From: Takakia lepidozioides
Lineage: Eukaryota > Plantae > Bryophyta
Length of the DNA stretch: 64,000 bases
NCBI GenBank assembly: GCA_030704615.1
Contig: CM060733.1
Coordinates: 24,676,001-24,740,000, forward strand
Direction: 5' to 3'
Part shown: piece by piece, positions 11,949-23,640 of the stretch
Numbering within the stretch: the stretch's first letter is position 1
How the letters are laid out: each line of letters opens with the position of its first letter
Notes under the pieces: model-generated
What the model was told of the DNA's origin: nothing
The model's database searches: none
The model's input: only the letters and a program-made list of their open reading frames with translations
Made by a program: the position numbers and the translations under genes

Positions 11949-14770
11949 TCAACGCTTCTTCCGGTCGCCTTCGAAAGCTGTAACCGCCTCGGATGCGTTT
12001 CCCATTTCTGAGGCACGCACCCAAGTTGCCTCCACTTGACGATAGCCCTTCCATTTCACGAGATACTCCGTTTCTCGATTCTTGAACCTCCTTGACTTAA
12101 GCACTGCCTCCACCTCGTACTCATGTTCATTTTCATGATCCAACGGCACAGGTGGCGGACGCAACACTTGATGCCGATTCGGACGTGCTTCATCTTTGAA
12201 GTAAGGCTTCAAGGGAGACGTGGATACCGGATGCACCTTGCTGTTTGCCGGCAACTCCAATTCATACACATCCTCATTCATAACCTTCCGGATGCGAAAG
12301 GGTCTCGCATACGAGGTACGAACTTCGGACTCACTTCCGGAGGTAGTCGAAAATTCTTGATGTTCAACCAGACCTCCGTGCCTGCCTCAAACTTAATTTC
12401 CCTCCGTTTCCGATTTGCCTGCCGTTCATACCGTTTCCTAGCTTTGGCAATGTTGTACTTTGCGAGCTTCAACAAACGTTCACGTTCTTCCAGCACTACT
12501 GCTATTGCCAGTTCCTCAACGTCCTGGGCGGCCCAACTTGTTGGCACCAGAGGTGCTTTTCCATAGACCAATACGAAAGGGGAAACTCCCGTTGCGGAGT
12601 GATTTGTGTTATTATAACAGAACTTTGCCGCATCCAAGTGCTCCACCCAGTCCGATTGGTCTGCCGACACGTAATTCCGCAAAATCTGCTTCACCACGGA
12701 ATTCATCTTTTCCGTTTGGCCATCCGTCGTAGGTCGGAAGGCGGTGCTCATCTTGATCCTCGTCCCCATTTTCTTCCAAAGTGCCCTCCAAAATTTACTC
12801 GTAAACTTTGGATCGCGGTCCGAGACAATATCCTTCGAGAATCCATGATGCTTGAAGACGTGGGCGAAGTAAAGTCGCCCCGTCTCCTGCGCCGTTGCTG
12901 TCTCCTTGGTGGGGATGAAATGGCCCATTTTATTGAACCTATCCACCACCACCATGATTGCATCGAATCCTTTTGACAGCGGCATAGCAGTCATGAAATC
13001 CATCGAGACACTTTCCCAAGACCCCTCTGGAATCGGCAAGGGTTGTAACAGCCCCGCTTGTTTTTTGTACTTGTTCCGGTTTTGTTGGCATGTGGTGCAT
13101 GTCTTGACATACTCCTCAATCTCCTCCCTCAGTTTGGGCCAGAAATACTCTTTCTTCAGGAGCGCCGCGGTGCGCTTGGCTCCACTGTGGCCCGCAAGCG
13201 GGCCATCATGGCATTCTCTCAAGAGACTATCTCTGATCCCTCCCTTTGACACATAGAGACGCTTTTGCTTGTACCGGAGTAGTCCATTGTGCAAGTGGAA
13301 CTACGATTTAACCCCCATCCTCAAGTCCCCCATCACGGACTTCGTCATCTCATCCTTCCGGTAGGCCTTCCGGATCTTCCTTTGGAACGTCATCTCGCCT
13401 CTGTACACCAACATGAGCTGTTGCTTTCTACTTAAAGCATCGGCCACCACATTGTCCCGTCCCGGTTTATCCACGTCGAACAGAACCAAGGTGTCTTGCC
13501 ACCTAAGTTGTTTTGGGGACAACTTAGGCTGTGTGGTAAAATACGTCACCGTGACATTATCCGTGAACACCTTCACCAGGTTGGAACCAACATAGTGGCG
13601 CCAAAGCTCAAGGCAATGCACCACCGCCTTCATTTCTTTCTCGTGCGTAGGTCACCTTCGCTCCACTTCATTCAGTTTCTTACTTTCGTAAGCCAATGGA
13701 CGTCCATCCTGCATGAGCACACCCCCAATTGCGAAGTCCGACGCATCCGTATGAATCTCAAATGGACGGTCGAACTCCGGGATTTTTAGAACTGGAGCTT
13801 CTGCCATCCGCTGCTTCAACTCAACAAAAGCTTGGCCACAAAAGGTGTTCCACACCCAAACTTTGGACTTATATAGAAGGTCTGACAGCGGCCCCGCGAT
13901 CTTGGCGAAATTTCTCACATACTTTCGGTAATAGGAGGCAGTCCTAGGAAGGATCGCACTCCCGGAAACGAAGTCGGAGGTTCCCAATCCAAGATCGCCC
14001 TCACCTTTCTGTCATCCAATTTGATTCCATCCTGTGTAATCACATGCCCTAGGAATTCCACTTTTGTGACCCCGAATTTGCACTTTGAAGCTTTGGCATA
14101 TAGCTTCCCTTCCCGCAATTTCTGGAACACCCTTTTGAGATGCTCCAGGTGCTCTCCTTTTGTTTTCGAGTACACCAAGATGTCGTCGATGTACACGATT
14201 ACAAAGTCATCTAACCACTCCTGGAAAAGGCTGTTCATTAGCGTGCTAAAGGTTGCGGGTGCGTTGGTGAGCCCAAAAAGCATCACCAAGAACTTATATG
14301 AACCATATCTTGTCATGCACACGGTCTTCTCCTCATCTCCTTCCGCCACTCGGATTTGATGGTAGCCGGAGCGCAAATCGATCCGGCTGAAATACTTCGC
14401 TCCTGCCAACCGATCGAAGAGGTCGTCGATCCTTAACAAATGGTACCGGTTCTTGATAGTCATCTTATTTAGAGCCCTGTAATCGACACACATCCGCAGC
14501 GTCACATCCTTCTTGTCTACGAATAGCACTGGGGCTCCGTAAGGTGACTTACTCGGCCGGATGTACCTCTTTGACATTAGATCCTTGAGCTGAGCCTTCA
14601 GCTCGACCAACTCTCTGTGGCTCAACCGGTAGGGCGCCTTGGCAGGCGGCTCCTATCCCGGTATCACCTCAATCTTGTGGTCAACTCCTCTTCGCGGTGG
14701 CAAGCCGCTTGGTAAATCCTTCGGCATCACATCCTGGTATTTCTCCAAGATCCCCTTGATCCAATCCGGA
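11949..14770 (-). pseudogene. pol (RT-RNase H-integrase-chromodomain) of the Galadriel-like element, frameshifted
   Basis: RT: [17 protein letters not shown]: TDAS. INT: HHCC (HDGPLAGH..CTTC), SMDF / SDRD / DGQTE. Chromodomain: EYEVEAVL..EYLVKWKGY..EATW. Confidence 0.95.
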
Positions 14771-14772
14771 AC

Positions 14773-15236
14773 TAACGTATCGTTGTTGGTGGACACATGA
14801 GCGTCGCACTCCTTCATGACACCGGCAATGACACGAAAGCTGGGGCTCCCGATAAGTGATGTGGGGGCCTCTATTGAAGTCGTTCTGCCAAAGGAGAACC
14901 ACAACTGGCGACGGGTTGACATTCGATGTTCCTCTTCAGCTGAGGAGTTGGGAGGGACGTGAGAACTTCACCATTTGCGAGATCGATAGAGTGGATCTCA
15001 TTTTGGGGATGACATTTTTGAGCAAATCAGGAGCGATCATAGATGGCCGCAAGAGAGTAGTCACGCTACCGTGTGGGAATGGTGGTGAAGTTTTACGAGT
15101 TTCGGAAACGCCCAACCCAGTGGGAGAGCGAATAAACCTGCTGTCAACAAAGGAGTGGGCCGTGGAAGAGCCACACGAGCCCCAGTTTTTGCTTTACGTA
15201 AGATAAGTGGAAAGAGAAAACGATAGGGAGCCGAGC
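14773..15236 (+). pseudogene. Aspartic protease of the Galadriel-like element, locally inverted
   Basis: The + strand reads SLLVDT*ASHSFM...DLILGMTFL, whereas the flanking gag and pol are on -. Confidence 0.85.
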
Positions 15237-15239
15237 TTA

Positions 15240-15674
15240 TCCCACTCACGAACATTAACTGACTCCTTTTACGCAATGGGTCAGTCTCCTTATACAATTC
15301 ACAAGAGTAGTTGCCTACCTTGCAAGTCTTGGCAACCAGCGCTTCCACCAAGCGGCTGATGGAATCTTCGGACAGCTCCGTGGTTGCCCGAGTCATGTTC
15401 AATTGTCGGGGTTTCGCGCACTTCTTGGCCATGTGCCCAGGCTCCCCGCAATTAAAGCACACTCCATCGAAGGTCGCCTTCTGTCCGCCATAAGCCGTCG
15501 CACCTGATTTTCCTTTTGGAGCACCAGGTGCCGCCTTGATGTGTGAAGGCTCTCCCTTCAATTTCCATGTGCCATTGTCGACGCGTGGCCTATCCCACTT
15601 CTTTTCCGGTCGGAAGGAGTCACCCTCCCGCCGAGTCTTCTTGCGATTCAGCTCCGTACGACCTTGTCTTTCGC
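15240..15674 (-). pseudogene. gag C-terminus with CCHC zinc knuckle (Galadriel-like element)
   Basis: CFNCGEPGHMAKKC. Confidence 0.9.
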
Positions 15675-17097
15675 TGTTAGTCCATATTTTCCCTCCATTT
15701 TTGAATTGTATATGCTACATAATTATTTATTTATTTCACAAAACGAAGGGAATGGAAAACTGACATTTTTTATAATATGGAAAATGATCACAGATATTAT
15801 AGTTCTTCTTCCATCGCTTTCCTATTTCCTATGCTACTATTTATAACCTTTATGTAAATAAGCCTTCTTCATAGTTTCAGATCATAGTCTCTCATACTAC
15901 AACCCCTCATCTAGTCTCCTTCCTTGATTCCTATTCTAATCCATGTTCTTTAGTCATCTCTCCCCTTCGCCTCCTTGTCCTTTTTCATCCTTGTCCTTCA
16001 AGAGACAACGCTTTATTTCTTAGATACCAATGGTTCCTTCCTTCTCATTGGTCACTATAATTTTCTGTGCTAGCACCTTTTAATTTCCATGATTCCAATA
16101 ATTTCTTTGTTTTTCCTCCAAATTCACTCCTTGGAGATTTTAGGATCAATCCATGACACAACAAAAGTTTTTGGAATGTTTTAAATTATTCTCACACCTC
16201 ATATTCGCAAGTAAGTTCAAAGCTCATATCAATTGGTGTTAATACTCTCTATAGATCATGTCTTCCCATTAATTGCTTCTAAAAGTCATCTAAAAGGAGA
16301 TTTTAGCACAATGCTGTAAATTCACTTAACATTTTTGGCGATCATACCGATACAGTTAGTCCCTTAACGACGAACCCAGAATCCCTGGTTAGTGTGAGAG
16401 AGATAATAAGTGAAAATATTATCATATATACCCAAATAATCTCTTTGTAAAATAACTATGGAATTATAAATAAAATGATTCACTCATTATAAAGTCAAGG
16501 AGATCATTCTCGCTGTAAGAAAAACTTTGTTGGAACCCAAGATTTACAATCCAACCTTGGCAGTAATTTGCATTAACTTACAAGAACTTATGTCTTTTAA
16601 ATATTCCGCCCTTTATCTTTTGTGCATTATTTTTGGGCTGTGCAGAAAATACATTTGTACACGTTTATATTTTGTAAGTGATGACAGCAAAGTGTGTGAC
16701 CGTCCCTCATATGAGAGATCTTCCCATTTTAACTTTTAAAAGTGGTTGAGTGCAGTGAAGTGATCTAATCCGGAAAAGGTTATCCGGTCCCTTGTCCACC
16801 GGCTTATGCCAGGATGCATGCTTAGGTTTATTCTTCCAAAACAGATGAGTATCAAACAAATGCACCCAAATCTTTTTCCCATGATATACTGCGGTCCATT
16901 ATGGACTCTTGTGTATGCTTGTGTAGTACTTTATAGATATACATACCCTAATATAAGGTTATTGGGTTACAACGAATTATTTTAAGCCCGTGGAAAGTTA
17001 TCCAAGTGGTGCGTTAAGTGTAAATGCAAGAATGCTTGGATTGCTTGAAATAAATGCAATAAGGTATGAGCCATTTGCTCAATTTGTTTTTCCATCA
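15675..17097 (-). repeat. Probable full 3' LTR of the nested element
   Basis: Starts with TG at 15675. The first ~330 bp match 22651-22959. It ends ...catca directly beside the PPT. The extent beyond 16006 is inferred from the PPT only. Confidence 0.55.
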
Positions 17098-17302
17098 AAC
17101 CCCCTTCTCCCCAACTGGTCCCATTAATCTTTGGTGAATGTTAGGCTGATTGTGTGTGACAAAAATAAAATAAAGACCCCCCTTTTCTTTGATTAGAATT
17201 TGTTATTCTTCGCTTGAAATCATGATGTTAAGTGAAGCTTCTAAGAAATTGGAGTCTAAAAACCTTGGAAAGACGATTATGAACAGTCCGGATGGTTAAA
17301 CA

Positions 17303-20300
17303 TTACACATAATATTTTTTCACTTGTTCTCCAGCCGTCTTAGTTGGAAACAATATACCGTCACTATCCTTTAACTGTAAAGAACCGTTTTTAAAAGCCT
17401 CCTCTACTATGAAAGGACCAAACCATTTATGTGAAAATTTACCAGGAAACAGCTTTTGTCTGGGTTCGTTTATCATTACTAAGTCCCCTGGTTCCCACGA
17501 TACCGGTTTGAGACCCTTATCAAATCTGATTTTCCTTTGTTTTTGTTGGGTCTCTATATAATGTTGAGCGGTTGTCCGCCATTCATCCAACTGAGATAAC
17601 ATAAATAACCGTTCTTTCACCGAGTCATCTAGTGGTAAGTCATGGGCCATGGCGGTCCTAATGGTCTGGATTTCATGTTCTATAAGAAGTACACACTCTG
17701 TCCCATAGACCAATGCATATGGTGTGAAACCCATGACAGTTTTGATAGCAGTGTTATATGCCCAAACTGCCCCTCGTAATTTTAAGTCCCAGTCTCTTTT
17801 ATTGGTATCTACAGTTTTTCGTAAAATTTGAGCCAACGTTTTATTAGTGCTCTCGGCTAACCGATTAGCTTGTGGATGATAAGGCATACTTTTCCTATGT
17901 TTTATACTAAAGGTCTCTGTAAGATCGCTTATCACATCATTAAGAAAATGTGAACCTCTGTCCCAGACCAGTTCATATGGGGCTCCAAACCTGGTGATGA
18001 TATTATTAAATAAAAAATTAGTCGTGGTTTTGGCATCTTTCTTAACAACTATCCCCTAAGCCCACTTTGTAATATAGTCTATGGCTACCAGAATATAATT
18101 TTTTCTAGAACTTGAGGTAGGGTGAAATGGACCCATAAAAATCTATGCCCCATTTTTCAAATGGAAGCAAAGCTATGATTGGCACAAGCGGTCTAGTTTG
18201 ACTCTTAATAAAAAGGACCAGTGAACCGCTGACAAGTATCGCATTTCTGAACAGACTCAAATGAGTCTTTAAACATACTTGGCCACCAATACCCTGCTCT
18301 TAAAATCTTTTGGGCTGTAGTTAGTCCCACAAAGTGACCTCCGCAACAACTATCGTGACAGGCTTCTAAAATTACTGGAATTTCTTCGGAAATAACACAA
18401 TGCCTATACATCCCATCCACACCTTCTCGATACAATTTTCCAGCAATAATGCTGAATTTGACAGATTGTAAGTGTAGTTTTCGTCGCTCAAGTTTTGTAG
18501 ATCCTTCCGGGTACTTAAGTGTAGATAAAAAATTTGCCAGCTCTTTATACCATGAGGCTACTTCTCTCACATAAAATAAATTCATAAAAGATTCTATCCC
18601 AAACAAATCGACATCCGGAAATTCTTCTTCTGGGGGTACTAGTTCAAATGGTACACATGAAACCGCCCCACAATCAACCAAAGAATGAATTTTACTAGGT
18701 TTGTTAACTAGATCGTAATCAAATTCCTGCAAAAATATTATCCACTTCATAATTCTTATTGGAGGATTTAATTTGTTCATGAGGAGTTTAATTATTGGAT
18801 CATCAATATAAATTACAAATTTTCTACCAATCAAATAATGGCGAAAACGAGCTACTGAAAACACCAGAGCCAAACATTTCTTTTCGGAAGGAGTATAATT
18901 CTTTTCAGCAGTTATCAATGGTCTACTAGCATAAGCTATCGGATGATCCAACTCCACTCTCTGGGCTAAACAACTAGCCACCGAAACTTCAGTATCACTC
19001 ACATATATGTAAAATATTTTTCCAAAGTCTGGGGCTAGCATTATTGGAGCAGTTACTAATTTTTGTTTAATAGTTTGGAATGCTAATTGACAAAGAGGAT
19101 TTCCCTCCTTATCAACACTATTCCTTTCTTGGTCAAGTTGGTTAAAGGTAGCATTATTAATGCAAAATGATTTACGAACCTTCGAAAATAACCAGTTGAC
19201 CCATTAAATCTGCGTGTCTCTCTCACATTAGTTGGTGCTGGCATTTTCATTATTAACTCAATTTTTGTTGGATCTACCTGAAATCTTTTTTGGCTAATCA
19301 CGTGTCCTAGCAAAACTCCATACCTAGCCCCAAAAGAACACTTCATAGGATTGAGGGCTATGCTATACAGTCTACATTTTTCAAAACATTTTCTTAAAGC
19401 TTTAAGATGTTCCTTTTTAGTAGTGCAACAACATAAATCGTCAACAAAAATTCTTACAAAATCATTAAGATATTTTTGAAAAGCATTATTCATCATCCGT
19501 TGGTATGTCCCAGGAGCATTACACAAACCAAAGGGCATGACGTGGTAAGCAAAAGTACCCCAAATAGTGGAAAATGTTGTTTTTAATTTATCACTCTCCT
19601 CAATAGCTATTTGGTTGTACCCGGAAAAATAGTCCATAAAACTATAACATTCTTTCCCGGCCACTGAGTCTAAAATTTGATCAATAAAAGGTAATGGATA
19701 ATAATCTTTTTTGGTTACCTTATTTAAATATGAATAATCCACGAAAAACCTTAAACCCCTTGTTTTCTTCGGGACAACTACTACTGACGAGACCCATTCT
19801 GAATTATCTACTTCAAAAATCAAACCATTATCTCTTAGTTTCATCACCTCTTTTTGTAAGGCTTCTAAGCGCACAAGATTAACCCTCCTTTGGCGTTGCC
19901 GAATAGGCTTGGCTCGTGGCATTAAAGGAATTTTATGCGTCGCAATGTTTGGTGGTATTCCTTTTAAGTCCGTATATGACCAAGCAAAAATGTCTTTAAA
20001 TTCCTTACACAAAGCTGTGAACTCATTGACTTCATTAATTGCAAGTTCTTTACTTAGTCTGATTGGTTTACTCTCTCCTTCAGTACCTATATTTAGCTCA
20101 ATAACATTTGGTTTCAAACTTTTAGTTTGTACTTCCAGCTTGTCAGAGACTTCTTCTTTAGTACTCTCAAAACCATCGACTCCATCTAAAATCTCAAGTT
20201 CTTCTGAAAACAACACATCCAGAACTCCCTTGAACTCTTCTGGTAAAACCCTTTTTGTTTCATTATACATCAATTCTTCGTTGGAGCTATCATATTCATC

Positions 20301-20813
20301 TGATTCACTTGTAAAATATTCCAGCTCACTTAACTGGTTTGATTCAGAAGTAACTACGACGTAAGCCTCTCGAAGCCAAGGCCTTCCTAAAAGAAGTAAA
20401 TATCCGCAACGAGGATTATCTACTCTTAACACATGAAAGTGGGTTTTAGTGATTTGACCAGCCACCGATATTTCTACATTCGTTATGATACCTTCTGGTT
20501 TCATGGAAGTGTGATCAGCCATTCTCAATGAGTAAGGAGACGGTCCATGCAATTTCAACCCTAGTTCCTTCATGGCTACTAAAGTCATCACATTTACCCC
20601 CGACCCTGCATCAACCAAGGCTCCATATACTTCCAGTTCATTCACAATACAATTTACCTTAGGGCAATCTCTATCTATAATGGCTGAATCCAACGCTCTT
20701 ATGACCCTTACTGGTTTATGTTTTCTTACTAGATCCAATTTTAATTCTTTTTGAATAGCTGGACAAATAGTTATCAATTGGGATAACATGATATTGGCCT
20801 TATTTTCTGCCAA
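17303..20813 (-). pseudogene. pol (PR-RT-degenerate RH-INT) of the nested element
   Basis: PR: ALVDAGSGVN..LLLGRPWL. RT: LPFIDQILD, MPFGLCNAP, FVDD. RH: IAYASRPL..AEKNY. INT: HDSCCGGH..CDTC, WGIDF, DRGSHF, QAN.LAE. Several frameshifts. Confidence 0.95.
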
Positions 20814-20829
20814 GTCTTCTAATACACTA

Positions 20830-21834
20830 TAAGATTTTGCGTATTTCTTTATTGGAATTTCTTCTTCTTTCTTTTGAACTCTTGATTCTGGTCAGCAAAA
20901 GTGACAATCTTTGATCGATTGACTTTAGGAAGTTGTTCTTCTACAATATTCTTTTCTTTGACCAGATTATTTTTCTGATCTTGTTCATTAGGAGACTGTT
21001 TGGGTATACCAAAGTCATTAGTTTCTTCATTAGTTTCATCTTCATCCTTAGGGACAGGCTAGGGTTGTTTAACAGGGTTTTTGACTTTAGACCGAGTGCT
21101 TACTTCCCACACTTCCCGTGTGTTATTTCTTATTTTAGACCTAATCCTGTCCTTCGGTACAGATGAAGATTTTTCGACCATAATTAAATTCACACTTGGA
21201 GAAGAAGCACCCTTGTCCCGCGTTAAAACATTATTTGTTACGATTTGAACAGGAATATGTGGGTTAGGATGTGACCCTTCTTGGTTTCTATGATTTATAG
21301 GACCAGGTTGAGCTCTATTTCTTGTCACTTCATCCTTTTGTCCTCTACTACAAGGCTGACTGCACACACATGTAAATTTTTTTGAATGTGTTGTTCAGCA
21401 TCTTCGGTAACTAAACCATAAAATAGCGGTATATCCCTTACTATGTTAGGTGGTGCAGCTGTATTAGCTGGAATGACGATAGACAAACCTGCCGCGGCTT
21501 GTTGGACAGCCATGATAGGTGGTACAATATTAATTACACTAGGATTTGGGTTGGCTGGGACACTAACATTTGAGGTATTAATATTCAAATTAATAATGGC
21601 AGGCAAAAAGATTCTAGGAGATAGAGATTCTTGAGGTTGTTCCTCATCTTCTGGTGGTCCAAATGTTCTTAGGATCCTTCTTCATTCCCTTTCGGCTTCT
21701 TCTCGTGCTAACGCAAGCTGCCTAGATCTACTTCTTATTTCGACACGTAATTGTCTTGGCGTCAAATGTCTTGAACGAGCTTCATTAAGGAAATCAATTT
21801 TAGAATTTCCATAAGTGTTAGCTAAATCTGACAT
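20830..21834 (-). pseudogene. gag of the nested element, internally deleted
   Basis: ATG at 21834. IPLFYGLVTEDAEQHI resembles the gag capsid start; most of the capsid is missing after ~21330. Confidence 0.6.
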
Positions 21835-21917
21835 AAGTCATAATAAAATGTAGTATTATGGAATTGGTTTAAAGAGATTGCATTAGGCATGACGCTCAAT
21901 AATTCAGTGGTCTGGAT

Positions 21918-22367
21918 TCAATGTAACACTCTTTCTAACCCCACTCTAGTAGTCAAAGCTATGTTTGCTAATGAGTTTGCTAGGTGATTTTCCTCCCTTG
22001 GAATACATTTTATTGTGACAGAGTCAAATAATTTTAACAACTTCTGGACTTCTTCATTCAATTGACAAAGTTTCCTATCACAAATATTATACTCTCTAGT
22101 GATTTGACAGTAGACCAATTCAGAGTCTGTATTAATTTCAACACTAGAACTGCCATGAAGCTTCGTTTCCTCCAAACCCCTTATGAGAGCTTTATATTCT
22201 GCCACATTATTAGAAATTGGGAAACCAATATGCTCAGCTAATTGCTTATATATTAGACCGAACGGATCAATTAAAACCACACCAATTGCTGCATGGCTTG
22301 GATTATTACAAGCAGCCCTATCAACAAATAACTTCCATGAATGTGGGACTTCTTGCAACAAATTCAT
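21918..22367 (-). CDS. Archaeal-type RNase HI (aRH / RVT_3-like), stand-alone ORF inside the retrotransposon
   Basis: WKLFVDRA..NP..AAIGVVL...SNNVAEYKALIRGLE...VEINTDSELV..QI...Y......IPREENHLANSLAN. Catalytic D, E and D are present; the last D reads N. Confidence 0.9.
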   Translation of the reverse strand: MNLLQEVPHSWKLFVDRAACNNPSHAAIGVVLIDPFGLIYKQLAEHIGFPISNNVAEYKALIRGLEETKLHGSSSVEINTDSELVYCQITREYNICDRKLCQLNEEVQKLLKLFDSVTIKCIPREENHLANSLANIALTTRVGLERVLH

Positions 22368-22631
22368 AATTTAAATCTTTGGACAACAAAATTGTGTTGT
22401 TTAAGTGATTCCTTGTCATTGTGAAATCCGAAACTGCTATAGTATCTCTTAAATCCTTTAGAGCATTTATAGTCAGCTTCAGAATACATATCACATTTAA
22501 TAAATAAAATAGATATATTTTGAGTTTCCATTATTATTATTATTATTTTCACTCGAGCAATATAACCTTGATCCTTTTCAGCTAGATCAGAGAAAGCTTT
22601 AAACTCAACTAACGAGAGCAGACAAAGTCTG

Positions 22632-22649
22632 CTCCTGGCAGACGCACCA
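22632..22649 (-). promoter_or_regulatory. Primer-binding site complementary to the tRNA-Gly(UCC) 3' end
   Basis: ctcctggcagacgcacca versus the plant tRNA-Gly(UCC) end CTCCCGGCAGACGCACCA (recalled sequence), one mismatch; 1 nt from the LTR. Confidence 0.75.
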
Positions 22650-22650
22650 A

Positions 22651-22959
22651 TGTTTGTCCATATTTTTCCTCCATTTCTGAATTGTATATGCTACATAATT
22701 ATTTATTTATTTCACAAAACAAGGGAATAGAAAACTGACTTATAATATGGAAAATGATCACAGATATTATAGTTCTTCTTCCATCGCTTTCCTATTTCTT
22801 ATGCTACTATTTTTTTTTTAAATGTAAATAAGCCTTCTTCATAGTTTCAGATCATAGTCTCTCATACTACCACCCCTTATCTAGTCTCTTTCCTTGATTA
22901 CTATTCTGATCCATGTTCTTTAGTTATCTCTCCCTTCACCTCCTTGTCCTTCAAGAGAC
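22651..22959 (-). repeat. Truncated 5' LTR of the nested element
   Basis: Matches 15675-16006; homology stops abruptly at caagagac. Confidence 0.85.
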
Positions 22960-23211
22960 GATTATTTGTGTTTGTTGAAGTGACGAACATTTCCGCCATA
23001 GTGCGGAAGAAGTGCATTGGCCACATTAAACGGTTGATGTGATACCATTTCACAAATATATCACATCGCATTTGCTAATGTATCACATGAACCGTTTCAT
23101 GTTGCCTGCGGAAGTCTTCGATTAGTACGACATCCGGACTAGGGGGAGGTATGATTGGACATCATTTTAGAAGCGCTTCAAGTGATGAACGAAATAATTC
23201 ATCATTGAGCA

Positions 23212-23640
23212 TAGCCCTCAAATAGGTGGGAGCCACTTTCACCCGATCTTCGTCACTCAATTTGGCCACCCGGAAGTACTGCTCTAGCTCCAAGAGCCAA
23301 GTGTTGAGTGCCTTCCGATTTCGGATGCCCTCGAAGTTGCCGGGTCCGTTAGGCTTCACCTTAAACTTTGCCTTAGTGGAAGTGACATTAGTCGCCTTCA
23401 ACACGTTTTTCAACGTCCCGCCAAACTGCGCCAACAACCCTTCCCAAAAGGCTGCTGGCAAGGGAAGCATCTGTTGGTCTGCCGGAGCTCCCGAGACCCC
23501 GAGAGGTCATCGGGCTCCGACTCCCCAGATTCCTCCCGTTCTTGAGCGGCCTCTCTTTCAAAAGCATGAATCGCCTCCTCAAACTGCCGCTTCGGTGAGA
23601 GGAATGTTTGGCCGCGTGAGGGTGTGAGCACGTGAGCGCA
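23212..23640 (-). pseudogene. gag N-terminus of the Galadriel-like element
   Basis: KPNGPGNFEGIRNRKALNTWLLELEQYFRVAKLSDEDRVKVAPTYL is a typical chromovirus gag segment. Confidence 0.85.

Larger units (their letters stand above)
15675..22959 (-). mobile_element. Nested non-chromoviral Ty3/gypsy element (Phygy/Athila/Tat-related) with an extra RNase H ORF upstream of gag
   Basis: LTR homology between 15675-16006 and 22651-22959; tRNA-Gly PBS; PPT-like ggggagaagggggtt at 17098-17112; order aRH, gag, PR, RT, RH, INT; no chromodomain. Confidence 0.9.
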
